In this document: one piece after another, positions 51,760-64,000 of the stretch | Numbering within the stretch: the first letter of the stretch is position 1 | Layout: every line of letters starts with the position of its first letter | Source: Chiloscyllium plagiosum | Lineage: Eukaryota | Length of the DNA: 64,000 bases | Assembly (NCBI RefSeq): GCF_004010195.1 | Contig: NC_057756.1 | Location: forward strand, 2,978,776 to 3,042,775 | Reading direction: 5' to 3' | Translations under genes and position numbers: made by a program | The notes under the pieces: generated by a model | Told to the model about the DNA's origin: nothing | The model's database searches: none | Seen by the model: the letters and a program-made list of their open reading frames with translations, nothing else

Positions 51760-54700
51760 TAGATCGTCAAGGAGCAAAAATGGCCTTTGCAGTGGTATGT
51801 ACTATTTGTCAGATGTGGGTGTTTAAAGAGAGTTTAAGGGTCACTGAGGATTATATCTACCATAAATACTGTTGGATGCGAATCTTATCAGGTCGAGTGG
51901 ATCGGTTCGAGAAACCGATAGAAGCGATGAGAAACTTGCAACAGCAACAGTATGTGATGAATTGCAGTAGTAGGAAGGGGAAAAGTCTCAGATATAGTCA
52001 AATAGGTGGGTTAACTCCAGGAAGGGTAAGAGAGGTAGGAGACTTTTGTGGATATACCCACTTCAAACAGGTATACTGATTTGAAAAATGTAGGGGTTGA
52101 TGGATTCTCAGGGGAACGTAGCACGAACAGCCAAGTTTCTGGTATTGAGACTGGCTCTAATGCAACGAGGGGTACGTCGACTTCCAAGAGATCAGTTGTG
52201 ATAGGGGATTCTGCAGTCCGAGTTACGGACGGACATTTCTTGGCCAGCAGAGAAAAAACAGAATGGTGTGTTTGTTTCCTGGTGCCAGGGTCAAGGATGC
52301 CTCAGAGAGGGTGCAGAATGTTCTCACGTGGGAGAGGGGTCACTAGGAGGTCATTGTCCACATTGGAACCAACGACATAGGCACGGAAAATGTTGAGGTT
52401 CTGAAGGGAGGTTACAGAGAGTTAGTCAGAATTTTAAAAAGGAGGCACTCAAGAGTAGTAATTTTGGATTACTCCCAGTGATACGAGCTAGTGAGGGCAG
52501 GAAGAAGAGAAGAGAGCAGATGAGTGCATGGCTGAGGAGCTGGTGTAAAGGAGAAGGATTCACATTTCTGGATCATTGTAATCTCTTTTGGGGTAGAACT
52601 GACCTATACAAGAAGGATGGATTGCCCCCAAATTGGAAGGGGAATAATATACAGGCAGGTAAATTTGATAGATCTGCTTGGGAGGGTTAAAAACTAGTGT
52701 GTGGGGGAGGGGGGGGGGGGGGGACCCAGGGAGATAGTGAGGAAAGAGATCGATTTGACAAGGGTACAACTGAAAACAGAAGTGAGTCAGGGCAGGCAGG
52801 GACAAGGTACGACGAATAAATTAAATTGCATTTATTTCAATGGAAGGGGCCTAACAGGGAGGGCAGGTGAACTCGTGGCATGGTTAGGAACATGGGACTG
52901 GGATATCATAGCAATTACTGAAACATGGCTTGACGGGCAGAACTGGCAGCTCAATGTTCCAGGATACAAATGCTACAGGAAAGATAGAAAGGTAGGCAAG
53001 ACAGGAGGGGCAGTGGCATTTTTGATAAGGGATAACATTACAGCTGTCTTGAGGGAGGATAATCCCGGAAATACATCCAGGGAAGTTATTTGGGTGGAAC
53101 TGAGAAATAAGAAAGGGATGATCAACTTATTGGCATTACATTATAGATCCCCCAATAGTCAAAGGGAAATTGAGAAACAAACTTGCAAGGAGAGCTCAGC
53201 TATCTGTAAGAATAATAGGGTAGTTACGGTAGGGGATTTTAACTTTTGAAACAAAGACTGGGACTGCCATAATGTTAAAGGTTTAGATGGAGAGTAATTT
53301 CTCAAGTGTGTACAAGAAAATTTTCTCATTCAATATGTGGATGTACCTACTAGAGAAGGTGCAATACCTGACCTCCTCTTGGGAAATAAGGCAGGGCAGG
53401 TGACTGACGTGTCAGTGGGGGAGCACTTTGGAGCCAGCGAGCATAATTCTATTCAGAAATAGTGATGGAAAAGGATAGACCAGATCTAAAAGTTGAAGTG
53501 CTAAATTGGAGAAAGGCAAATTTTGGCGGTATTAGGCAAGAACTTTCAAAAGCTGATTGGAGTCAGATGTTCGCAGTTAAAGGGACGGCTGGAAAATGGG
53601 AAGCCTTCAGAAATGAGATAACAAGAAAGTATATTCCTGTCAGTGGAAAAGGGAAGGCTGGTAGGTACAGGAAATGTTGGATGACTAAAGAGGTTGTGGG
53701 TTTGGTTACGAAAAAGAAGAAAACATACATCAGGATAGATCGAGTGAATCCTTAGAAGAGTAAAAAGGAAGCAGCAGTATACTTAAGAGGGAAATCAGGA
53801 GGGCAAAACGGGGACATGAGATAGCTTTGGCAAATAGAATTTAGGAGAATCCAAAGGGTTTTTACAAATATGTTAAGGATAAAAGGGTAACTAGGGAGAC
53901 AACAGGCCCCCACATAGATCAGCAAGGCGGCCTTTGTGTGGAGCCACAGAAAATGGGGGAGATACTAAATGAATATTTTGCATTCGTATTTACTGTGGAA
54001 AAGGATATGCAAGATATAGATTGTACGGAAATATATGGCGACATCCTGCAAAATGTCCAGATTACAGAGGAGGAAGTGCTGGATGTCTTAAAACGGTTAA
54101 AGGTGGATTAATTCCCAAGACCGGATCAGTCGTACCCGAGAACTCCGTGGAAAGCTAAAGAAGTGATTGCTGGTCCTCTTGCTGAGATATTTGTATCATC
54201 GATAGTCACAGGTGAGGTGCCAGAAGACTGGAAGTTGGCAAACGTGGTGCCACTGGGTGGTAATAATAAACCAGGGAACTATAGACCGGTGAGCCTGACC
54301 TCGGTGGTGAGCACGTTGAAGGAGGGAATCCTGGGGGACAGGATGTACATGTGTTTGGAAAGGCAAGGACTGATTAGGGATAGTCAACATGGCTTTGTGC
54401 GTGGGAAATCATGTCTCATAAAACTTGAAATTTTTTTTGAAGAAGTAACAAAGACGATTAATGAGTGCAGAGCAGTAGTTGTGAACTATATGGACTTCAG
54501 TAAGGCGTTCGATAAGGTTCCCCATGGGAGACTGATTAGCAAGGTTAGATCTCATGGAATACTTGGAGAACTAGCCATTTGGATACATAACTAGCTCAAA
54601 GGTAGAAGATAGAGAGTGGTAGTGGAGGGTTATTTTTTTCAGATTGGAGTCCTCTGACCAGTGGAGTGCCACAATGATCGATGCTGGGTCCTCTACTTTT

Positions 54701-55500
54701 TGTCATTTACTTAAATTATTTGGATGCGAGTATAAGAGGTACAGTTAGTAAGTTTGCGGATAACACCAAAATTGGAGGTGTAGTAGACAGCGAAGAGGGT
54801 ACTTCAGATAACAACAGGATCTGTACCAGATGGGCCAATGAGCTGAGAAATGGCAGATGGAGTTTAATTCAGATAAATGCGAAGTGCTGCATTTTAGGAA
54901 AGCAAATTTTAGCAAATTTCAGGAATGAAGAAGGGCTTATGCCCGAAACGTCGATTCACCTTCTCCTTGGATGCTGCCTGACCTGCTGCACTTTTCCAGT
55001 AACACATTTTTAAGGACATTGTTCAGGCCACTGTTGGAATACTGAGTGCAATTCTGGTCTCCTTCCTATCGGAAAGATGTTGTGAAACTTGAAAGGGTTC
55101 AGAAAATATGTACAAGGATGTTGCCAGGGTTGGAGGATTTCAGCTACAGGGAAAGGCTGAACAGGCTGGGGTTGTTTTCCCCAGAGCGTCGGATCTGAGA
55201 GGTGTCTTTGGAGAGGTTTACAAAAATTATGAGGGGCATTGATAGGATAAATAGACAAAGTCTTTTCCCTGGTGTCGGGGAGACCAGAACTAGAGGGCAA
55301 AGTTTTAGGCTGAGAGGGGAAAGATATAAAAGATACCGAAGCGGCAACTTTTTCATGCAGAGTGTGGTACGTGTATGGAATGAGCTGCCAGAGGATGTTG
55401 TAGAGTCTGGAACAATTGCAACATTTAAGAGGCATTTGGATGGGTATATGAATAGGAAGGATTTGGTGGGATATGGGCCAAGTGCTGGCAGGTGTGTTTG
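51760..55500 (+). mobile_element. Near full-length CR1/HER1-like LINE (ORF1 Zn-finger/SGNH esterase; ORF2 APE and RT), inactivated
   Basis: CTICQMW, VVIGDSAVR, LNCIYFNGRGL, IIAITETW, VGDFNF, PGNYRPVSLTS, YMDFSKAFDKVPH and KFADNTK; multiple stops and frameshifts. Confidence 0.95.
54918..55011 (+). repeat. Penelope-derived arm with hammerhead-like motif, inserted in the CR1
   Basis: tgaagaagggcttatgcccgaaacgtcgattc...cacatttt interrupts CR1 ORF2. Confidence 0.85.
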
Positions 55501-56345
55501 GACAAGATACAAAGAAGGGATAGTTTCTTTTATGGAAGGGCAGAGGCTGCAGAAGAAGTTGGACATTCAAAGATAGTGAACAAAGCAGTAGTAGGTGCCA
55601 AATAATGCAAGTAAGCGTGATGTTATACTCTTCAGTGGGAAGACCATAGAGTTAACTATACCTCGAAGGTAATGCTGAAGCACGGGGTTACTTGGGAGTC
55701 CTTTTCAGAATTCATTAAGTTTTAGTTTGCACTTTGGATGGAAATTGTACTATTAGCATTAATTTTAAGGGGGCGCATATACAAGAGCAAAGATCTACTG
55801 CTAATCTGTTTCAGACTACCCTCAGGCTGTATTTCTAACATGGTTTTGATCATAGTTTCTACGGAACAATAAGGAGGCGTTCGTACAGGTCCTGAGACGG
55901 CCACAAGAATTACCTTGCAGATGACACACTCTGCTTACGTGGACCAGGTGAGTATTCACGGCATGTAACTGCTGACGTGTAGAAAGGATTATGGCCATTT
56001 GTTTGAAATTTAACGAGCAATTAAATGCACGGATAGAGTGGAGGTGGAGAACAGGTTTTCAATGGTCCGAGATGTTAGGACCTATCGACACAACCCCAGT
56101 GTGAAGCGACGTCCTTTCTGAACGACAAGAGGAGGAATTTCTTCAGTCAAATGGCAATTAGATTCTGGCTCTCACTGTGGTCGACCGTGGTTCCCATCAA
56201 GTCATTGAGTATATTCAAGAGAGATAGATGCAAGCTACTAGAATCAGGGGTTCCTCGGTTAACACAGGAGAAATCAGTTAAGAAACATAGCAAACATCAT
56301 AAATGGACCAAACGGCCTGCACCTGTTCCTCAATTGTATGGACAC
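55500..56345 (+). mobile_element. Older degenerate CR1 3' fragment
   Basis: Decayed CR1 C-terminal and 3' UTR motifs (gaggaggaatttcttcagtca, aaacggcctgcacctgttcct). Confidence 0.6.
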
Positions 56346-59300
56346 ATGGACGAGTATGCGGAGTAAATGTACAAACAAACATGTGGATGTTTCAGCCTTA
56401 TGGATAACTTCTGCATACATGCACAATGATTTGATTTTATATCCGTGTTTGTGTATGGAAGGATTATTCTATGATAGTAGGACTAATAAAAATTATGTAA
56501 CCATCCATTCAACTACATCACCTCCGGATATTAGGAGCTTGAAAGGCTTTATACAGCAAATAGTAGTGGTGAAATAAATACAAGGGATTTAACACTGTGT
56601 ACCGCTATCCCAGTTTTTCAACTAAAATATTGGGCTGGGCTATGTTTTTTTTTTCCCTCCTCACCCATTATGCATTCGTCATGACTCAAAATTACAAAAC
56701 AAAACGGCTGCCCAATTCGGTGACAAAGAACACATCAGTACGAATTTATTACATCACATGGAGCTAAGGAGCTTGAACATTGTAAAATCTTCTGGTTTAT
56801 CAAGTTCAATGTCAAAAATATTATCTTAACATGCGCAATTTCTAAAGCATTAAGAGATTGCTATTGGACTGTAATTTCATTATCCTGATCCTCAATATTG
56901 CTGTGCAATATTACACTTACCTTTCGAACATCCGATTTTCATTCGGATGGTTGGGTAGTTGAATTCAAAGTCGTTTTCAGTGTTATTTGCACGTGTATAT
57001 GCTAGTCTGGCAGAAACACAATTGGAATCAATTGTGTATGAAGGAGGTGCCTGTTAGTGAAATATATATATTTTTTTCAATGAAACTGAGTTACAATAAA
57101 AGATAGTCTGGTAGGGCATATGATTGGTAACGGTTATAGGAGTTAAAAGCACTACATTACATTGGAAAAAAAAAACATTCTATGACCATTGTCCTTTCTT
57201 GATACTTCACACTGTGGAATAAGCTTGCCAAAGTACTTAAAGCGCAGAGTAACTTGAAGGATGTAGGGTAATCGTAATAGGTGTGAGACAATCTAGGAGA
57301 CGGGTCAAACATGTGGAAGATAGAACATAGTATGGATGACGTTGAGTGTGACGGTCAAAGATTTAATCTGGGCTTTAGGTTTTGAATACATTGATTATGC
57401 TGATGTTCTGTTCAAATACTTGCAATTAAATGTGTTATTCTGCATCAATAGCAAAGGGTTTGAACACATGTTCTGAAAAAATTGTTCCAATTAAACGTTC
57501 ATTCACATGCTAACTGCCTTGGAACGAACTCTGTTTAAGATTACAGAATGTACAGAAAGGAGGTTATTTAATTGATCATGTGTTTTAAGGAATTCGATAT
57601 GGTGTGGGTTCATTATGACATAATATGCAAGCTTTACATTAGATAGTCAAAAAAGTCATAAAAAGTTCTTGCAAATTGTCATACCTCGAAAAAACGTTGG
57701 CGACAACTACATTGTGATATATGACAGTCGTTGTGATGTCCATCCAATCGCTTTTGACAATTTCAATGAATATGTAATATGATATAACACCAGTTACTAT
57801 CTATCAATTCATGCATTTTTACTTTTTACAGATTAGTATTATGACCAGTATCCCACGATATTTAAATATTCTGAATTTTCATTCGTTGGTAATATTCATT
57901 GATTTAAATATCAATGAATATTACCAACAACATATAAATTTGCATTCAGAAAATTACACGATAGGAAAATGCCCTTCACCACACCATGCCTGCGGCAACC
58001 ATCATGTCATGCAAAATTTATCCCATTTACCTGCAGATTTTTGAAATTCCTCTACGACCTCGCTGCTCATTTGTTTGTGTAAATGCGTTTGGAACAATAT
58101 TATCATGTCGGATTCTACCACTCCTCTGGTAACACTTTCCTGTCACCTACAAAGTTTACCTGAAAAGAAAATTCTTCAAACATCTCCTGTAAATATAATC
58201 CATCAATCCTTAAACCTTTGTCTCCCAGTATTTAACAAATATTCCACACTTTCACACTTAGAAAAAGAAGACTCAGACTCCTCAGTCTATCCATGCCTAT
58301 CATATTTGTTCATACTTCTATTAAGCCCACAAAGCGGACACTACAGCCAAAGGCGTCAAAATGTGTCTAAACTTTCAAATAGCTAGTGCTCTCCAGTCCA
58401 GGCAGCACCTGGACGTCGAATGGCTGGAATGCCTGGTGTGATATGAGTGCGTTTTTCAGCATCGAATGGATGTGAGGCCCATGCAGCATTACTTCAAAGG
58501 ACTGTAATGTTGAACTTTGCATATCTGTATTTTCTCAATTTATTCATGTTCTCTGGTATCGAGTTACCTTTCTAGCTGACGAAGCACAATCTATCCGAAG
58601 ATACCTGGAAAGTAGCCCAAGCATTTCTGCAGAACATGTGACTGGTCTTGGAGCAGCAACTCGGCAGTAACTGAAACCAAGAACTTCGGCAATGAATCCG
58701 AAGTAAACTCCTTCAGGTAAAAAAAAAACACACAGTAAATTGTCTGCTTCACTGGGTCCTAAGCAGGCCCTCTGCAAAAATACACTGAAGTGCAACCTAT
58801 TTGCTGCACAGGGTCCTAGGAATGATAACTTAAATGGAAGCAGTCGCAATCCACTTCACCAAACCACTAGACGACTCAAACATAAGAAACCTGCGAGGAA
58901 GATGAGTGAGCATGCTGGCCTGCTAGTAAGACCGAGATTATGTGTTTTCAAGAACCCCCTTCCTAGATTACTCCTAGCAAATGTACTATCTCTGGAGTAC
59001 AAGATGGATGAACTCAGATCATGGCTCTACTTTCAGCGTGAACTGTGGCACTGTTGCATACTCTGCTTTACAGAAACCAAGCTCATCCCATCCGTTCCCG
59101 ACTGTGCACTTCAGGCTGATGGGTTTTATATCCATTGTATGGAACGTACAGCGCCATTGGGTAAGACAAAGGTTTGGACGGGTTTACCATTTAATCAACA
59201 ACTTGCGGTGCACGGACATTGCAACCCTGGGTAGCTATTGCACCCAAACCTTAACTTCCTTACAATCAAATGCTGCCCCTTCTATCTACCACCGGGATTT

Positions 59301-59802
59301 ATCGCTGCTATGGTAAATATTGTGAACATACGCCACAAGCAGAGGAAGCTCTGAATGTCCTGTATTCCAGTAAGAACACCCTGGAGTCGTTACACCGCGA
59401 GGCCCTGTTTATTGTAACTGGCGACTTCAATCAAGCCAATCTAAACAAAGTGTTGCCGAAGAACTAGCAGAACATTACCTGCCCCACCAGGGGTACAAAC
59501 ATTTTAGACCACTGTTACACCATTGTGCAAGATGCCGTCCGCTCCATCCCCCGCTCTCTTTTCGGGAATTCTGAACACAATGATGTGTTTCTTCTCTCGG
59601 CTTGCAGGCAAAGGCTCATCCAGGACATCCCCTCGCGGATATAGGTCCAATGCAGGTCAGAGGAGGCAGAGGATCAACTTCAGTGCTTTCTGGAATCGAT
59701 CGATTGGGCCATGTTTTAACAGTCTGCAGATACATTGGACGAGTATGCCACCACCATCACAGACTTTATCAGCAAGTTTGTGGAGGGCAACAAACGAACT
59801 GG

Positions 59803-60115
59803 TGGCATAATGTCTCAGAAGTTAGCATTGCTGCCTTACAGCCCCAGGGACGCTGGTTCGATCCCAGCTTAAGGCGACAGTCGGTGTGGAGTTTGTACAT
59901 TCTCCTCGAGTCTGCAGAGGTTTACTCCGGGTCGCCTTGTTTCCTCCACAGTCCAAAGATGTGCAGATCATGTGAATTAGCGATGCGAAATTGTCCATAG
60001 TGTTAGGTGAATTAGACAGGCTGAAATGGGTCTGGGTGGGTAACTCTTCGGAGTGTCAGTATGGATTTGGTAGGCCAACGGCCCAGTTTCCACACTGTAG
60101 AGAATTTAACCTGAA
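59803..60115 (+). mobile_element. HE1-type SINE nested in the Rex1/Babar LINE
   Basis: tRNA-like head (ggttcgatccc) and HE1 body. Confidence 0.85.
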
Positions 60116-60354
60116 TATAGAGTCAATCCGTGTGTTTTCCAACAGGAAACCCAGGATGAATGAAGGCCTAAAGAAACTGCAAAAACCAGGCTTGAGGCCT
60201 ACAGATCAGGAGACCCACTCAAATATAAAGATTTCAAGTATGATCTTCACAGAGTCATTAAGACAACCAAGCACCAATACTGATTAAAAGTAGAGATGCA
60301 GACAGACAGCGGGCAACCATGGCAAGGACTGAATGACATCACAGGTTCTAAACC

Positions 60355-61775
60355 TGTGAAGACTGTTTAAGGAGCAATTGTTGTAACTGATTCACAAATT
60401 TGTTACCCTAAGACCCCCAAAAAGGGGTAAGGTTAAGGAGCCTTGGATACCGAGAACAGAGGAGCTTCAAATCAAAAGGAAGAAGAAAGCTTACACAAGG
60501 TGATGAAACAAGCATGTAGCACACCTTCAGACGAATATAACCTTATTAGAAAAGAGCTCAGAAATAGACTGAGGAGACCAAAGTGGGGACACGTAAAAGG
60601 CTTGGCAGGGAGGAAAGGGAGAAGACAAATGCATTTGACTTTTACGTGAGGGATAAGAGAAAAATCAGGGAGAATGTAGGACTGATCAGCGATAGTGTAG
60701 GAACTTGTGCGTAGAGTCTGAGCAGACTTGTTTGGCTTACAGAGGCAGAGAGTAGTTGGTGATGGAAAGTATTCTACATGAAAGTCAGTGGTGAGTGGTG
60801 TCCCACAGGACTCTGTTCTTGGGCTCTGCCGTTTGTAGTTTTCCTAAATGGCTTGGGTGAGGAGGTTTAGGGGCGGGTTAGTAATTTTGCCGATGACACA
60901 CAGGTTGACTATTCCGTTGTTAGTATCGAGGGCTATTGCAGACTGCAGCATGACATATATAGGTTGCAGAGCTGGGCTGAGAAATGGCAAATGGAGTTCA
61001 ACCTGAATAAATGCGAAGTGATGCAGTTTGAAAGGTCGAACTTGAATGCTGAATATAAGATTAAAGACAGGATTCTTGGCAGTGTGGAAGAACAGAGGGA
61101 TCTTGGTGTTCAAGTGCATCGATTCCTCAAAGTTGCCCCCCCATGTGGATAGGGTTGTAAAGAAAGCATTTGGGGTTTTGGCTTTCATTAATGGGGGGTT
61201 CGAGTTTTAAAGCCATGAGGTTTAGCTACAGTTCTGCAAGACCTTGGTGAGACCAGACTTGAAACATCATTTCCAGATTTGGTCGCACTGTTATAGGAAA
61301 TACACGGACGTGTTGGATACGGTGCAAAGAAGGTTTGCCAGAATGCTGCCTGGACTAGAGGGCTTGTCTTACGAAGAGAGGTTTGAGTAATCTCGGACTT
61401 TTCTCTCTGGAGAGAAGGAGGAAGAGAGGTGACCTGATCGAGGTATACAAGGTAATGACCGGCATGGATGGAGTAAACAGCCAGAGACCTTTCCCCAGGG
61501 CAGGATTGACTGTCATCAGGAGACATACTTTTAAGATATTAGGAGGAAGATATAGAGGAGACGTCAGAAGAAGATTCTTTTCACAAAGAGTTGTGAGTGC
61601 ATGGAATGCGTTGCCAGTGGTGGAAGCTGAGTTATTTGGACATTTGGACATGCTCATGGACATCAGGGAATTGATTGATGCATAGGTTAGGTTATTTTAC
61701 TTTTAATTAGGAATAATCCTCGACACATCGTGGGTTGAATGGCCTGCTCGTTGCTGTACTTTTCTATTTATTATT
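60355..61775 (+). mobile_element. Internally deleted CR1 nested in the Rex1/Babar LINE
   Basis: QSWAEKWQMEFNLNKCEVM and LGLFSLERRRKRGDLIEVYK; same subfamily as 44868-45835. Confidence 0.9.
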
Positions 61776-62867
61776 TTCCATAACAGGAAAAAAAATTAAG
61801 ATAGCAGACGATGACACATCACTCCCAGGTCATCTCAACGCCATCTATGCTCGTTTTGAGAATAATTTGGGTAGAGAGGTAAAAGCAATTATGATTTTGT
61901 TTTTCTGACAAATGTATCCCAACAGTCATTGTATCAGTTTTCCTTCGTAAGAATAAAAGGAAAGCAAAGGGACCAGACGGACGACCAGGTCATGTATCAG
62001 GGCATGCGAAGATCAACTGGCAGATGTGTTCTAGGACATCTTCAAACTCTCCCAGCAGCAGGCTATTGTCCCTGTTTCAGGCGGTCCAACATCAACCCTT
62101 GGCCTCAGAAGACTCATGCTACATGTCTCAATTACTACTGCACAGCCGCCCTAACTTTAATAATCATGAATTGCTTTGAAAGGCTGGTCGTGTCATTAAT
62201 CAACTCCAGCGTCTCCACTACTCTTGACCACTCTAACTTGTCTACAGGACCAAAGGTTCCACGTCAGATGCCGTACCACTCGCCCTTCCCTGCTTCCTAG
62301 AATATCTTGACATCAAAAACAACAACCTAAGGACCCTGCTTATTGAGTACAGTTCAATCTTTAATACTATTACACCTTCAATACTGATTAATGAATTTAG
62401 CAATCTCGGACTAAGCCCCACTGTGTGCAACTGGATCCTCACTTTGCTGACACACAGGCCTCAATCAGTGAAGACTGGGGCAATACCTCATGATCACTAA
62501 CACTCACAAATGGAGCCCTCTTCAACACTGCGTACTCAGTCACCTACTGTACTCACTGTATAACCATGATTGCGACGCCAAATACCAGACTAACGTCATT
62601 TACAAGTTCCCTTATGACTCCGCCCTCGTCGGTCGAATCTCAGATGGCGACGAAACAGATAGCAGACGGGAGGGGGAAGACTTGTAAAAATGGTGCACTA
62701 GAACAACCCAGCTGTCAATGCCGGCAAAACCAAGGAAAGCATTATTAACTTTTTATGGGATATTATTCATGACCCTCTACACATTAAAATCACAAAAGTT
62801 AAATGAGTCGTTTGTGTCAAGCTGCTGGGAGTGATCATCCACAACAATCTTTCTTGGGCTCTTCATG

Positions 62868-63112
62868 TGGGCGCACTAGTTACGGTGGCACAGTGGATAG
62901 TGCTAGTGCCTCACAAGTCTAGAGCGGGTTCAATTCCCGCCTCAGGCAACAGTCGGTATGTAGTTTGCACAATCTCCCTGTGTCTGCGTGGGTTTCCTCC
63001 GGGTGCTCCGGTTTCCTTCCACATTCTAAAAATGTGCAGGTTAGGTGAATTGGCCATGCTAAATTGCCCGTAGTGTTAGGTGAAGGGGTAAATGTAGGGG
63101 AACGTGATCTGG
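62868..63112 (+). mobile_element. HE1-type SINE, 3' truncated
   Basis: acggtggcacagtgg...ggttcaattcccgcctcaggc...ggtttcctccgggtgctccgg. Confidence 0.88.
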
Positions 63113-63920
63113 GCCTCGCACTCCAATCAGCATTTGATTAAAATCCTTCGTTGTCATTGAGACATGTTTTGGTATTTTTTCTTGGTTTATCGTTGTGATC
63201 TACCAAGTGAGGATTTATCCAATCTGTCACGAAAGATGGAATTCCAAACTTTGACTCCCACAGGATTGAAGGAACGGCGATTTCTTTGCAACTGAGGACT
63301 GTAAATGGATTGGAAGGGAAATTCAAGATGATCATGTACCCATATATCTTCTGGCCTTTCCATTTCGATGAAAGTGCTTCTATATTTGGTAGATACTGTC
63401 TGAGAATCGTTGTTGAAGTTCTGCAGTAACTCTTCTGAATAGCGTACATGACTGTCACTAACCATTCGTGATGGTTCGGGTGAAGTATCTCGAATATGCT
63501 ACTATTCGAGTGGTTTGCGCTTTTGTGAATGGTGCCAACTACTGAACTATTGTTGGAGATGCACCCAGGCATGAAATTGTGAGTTATTCCCACACGCTGG
63601 CGCGTTGCATCTTGTCAATGGTGGACAGACATCGGGGAGTCACGTTGCAAGTTACTTGTCGTGGTATTCCAATTTCTGACTAGTTCCTGTAGGCGTTGTA
63701 TTGAAATGACGAGTCCAGTGGAATTACTGGTCAACGGAATGCATAGGAACATTGATAGTGAGGGTTTCAGTGATGAGCATATCATTGAGTTTCACGGACT
63801 GTTGATTAAATTGATCATAGTAATTGGTGATGTCTATGGCTATGGCGAATTTGTTGATAACAGTTTTCTTCTTGCATGCATGGTTATTCTTCCCTCTTTG
63901 ACGTTCAGTATTCATTTGAA
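63112..63920 (-). mobile_element. Degenerate CR1/L2-clade LINE 3' fragment
   Basis: Minus-strand remnants (TLTINVPMHSVDQ, VRYSE.L) and a LINE-like 3' end; clade uncertain. Confidence 0.55.
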
Positions 63921-64000
63921 TTTCAGAGCTGGTACAAAAAATTGAAGGAAGAAAAGTGGTAATCCTACTTGTCTTTGGTTCTATTATCAATTTCTTTTTC

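Larger units (their letters stand above)
58740..62868 (+). mobile_element. Rex1/Babar-like LINE (APE and RT), degenerate, with nested insertions
   Basis: PLPRLLLANVLSLEYKMDEL...LCFTET, FIVTGDFNQANL, CLNYY...ALTLIIMNCFERLV, VIYKFPYDSALVGRI. Confidence 0.88.

Noticed and set aside
1..64000. CRISPR arrays, prokaryotic operons, rRNA, genuine tRNA genes, V(D)J segments with RSS
   Set aside because: None seen; the tRNA-like boxes belong to HE1 SINE heads.

Overview
This is eukaryotic, repeat-rich vertebrate DNA, almost certainly from an elasmobranch (shark). The evidence is multiple HE1-type SINEs, HER1/CR1-like LINEs and Penelope-derived palindromes. There is a 500-N scaffold gap at 3226-3725. 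The supplied ORF track contains no intact host gene; its recognisable ORFs are transposon remnants (CR1, Rex1/Babar, L1/Tx1, Penelope, Gmr1-like Gypsy, MULE/FLYWCH). The main signal the ORF track misses is a + strand array of tiny symmetric phase-1 exons spread over about 49 kb (1653-50834). About 12 are well supported and about 8 are weaker or decayed. They are mostly exactly 27 or 36 nt and encode related K/E/L-rich helical peptides (e.g. DLKELKGRLEML, ELKECKSRLRKK, VIQDLKKKLDDN, ELQDLLQRT). This looks like the interior of a micro-exon gene, reminiscent of butyrophilin/BG cytoplasmic-tail exons, with signs of exon birth and death. No Ig, TM or B30.2 exon was found in the window, so the host gene is unidentified. 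Secondary signals: minimal hammerhead-ribozyme motifs in Penelope-derived elements, a 196-bp palindrome, a MULE insertion splitting a dead micro-exon, and a two-LTR Gypsy with integrase before RT. All calls were made by eye, and repeat boundaries are approximate.
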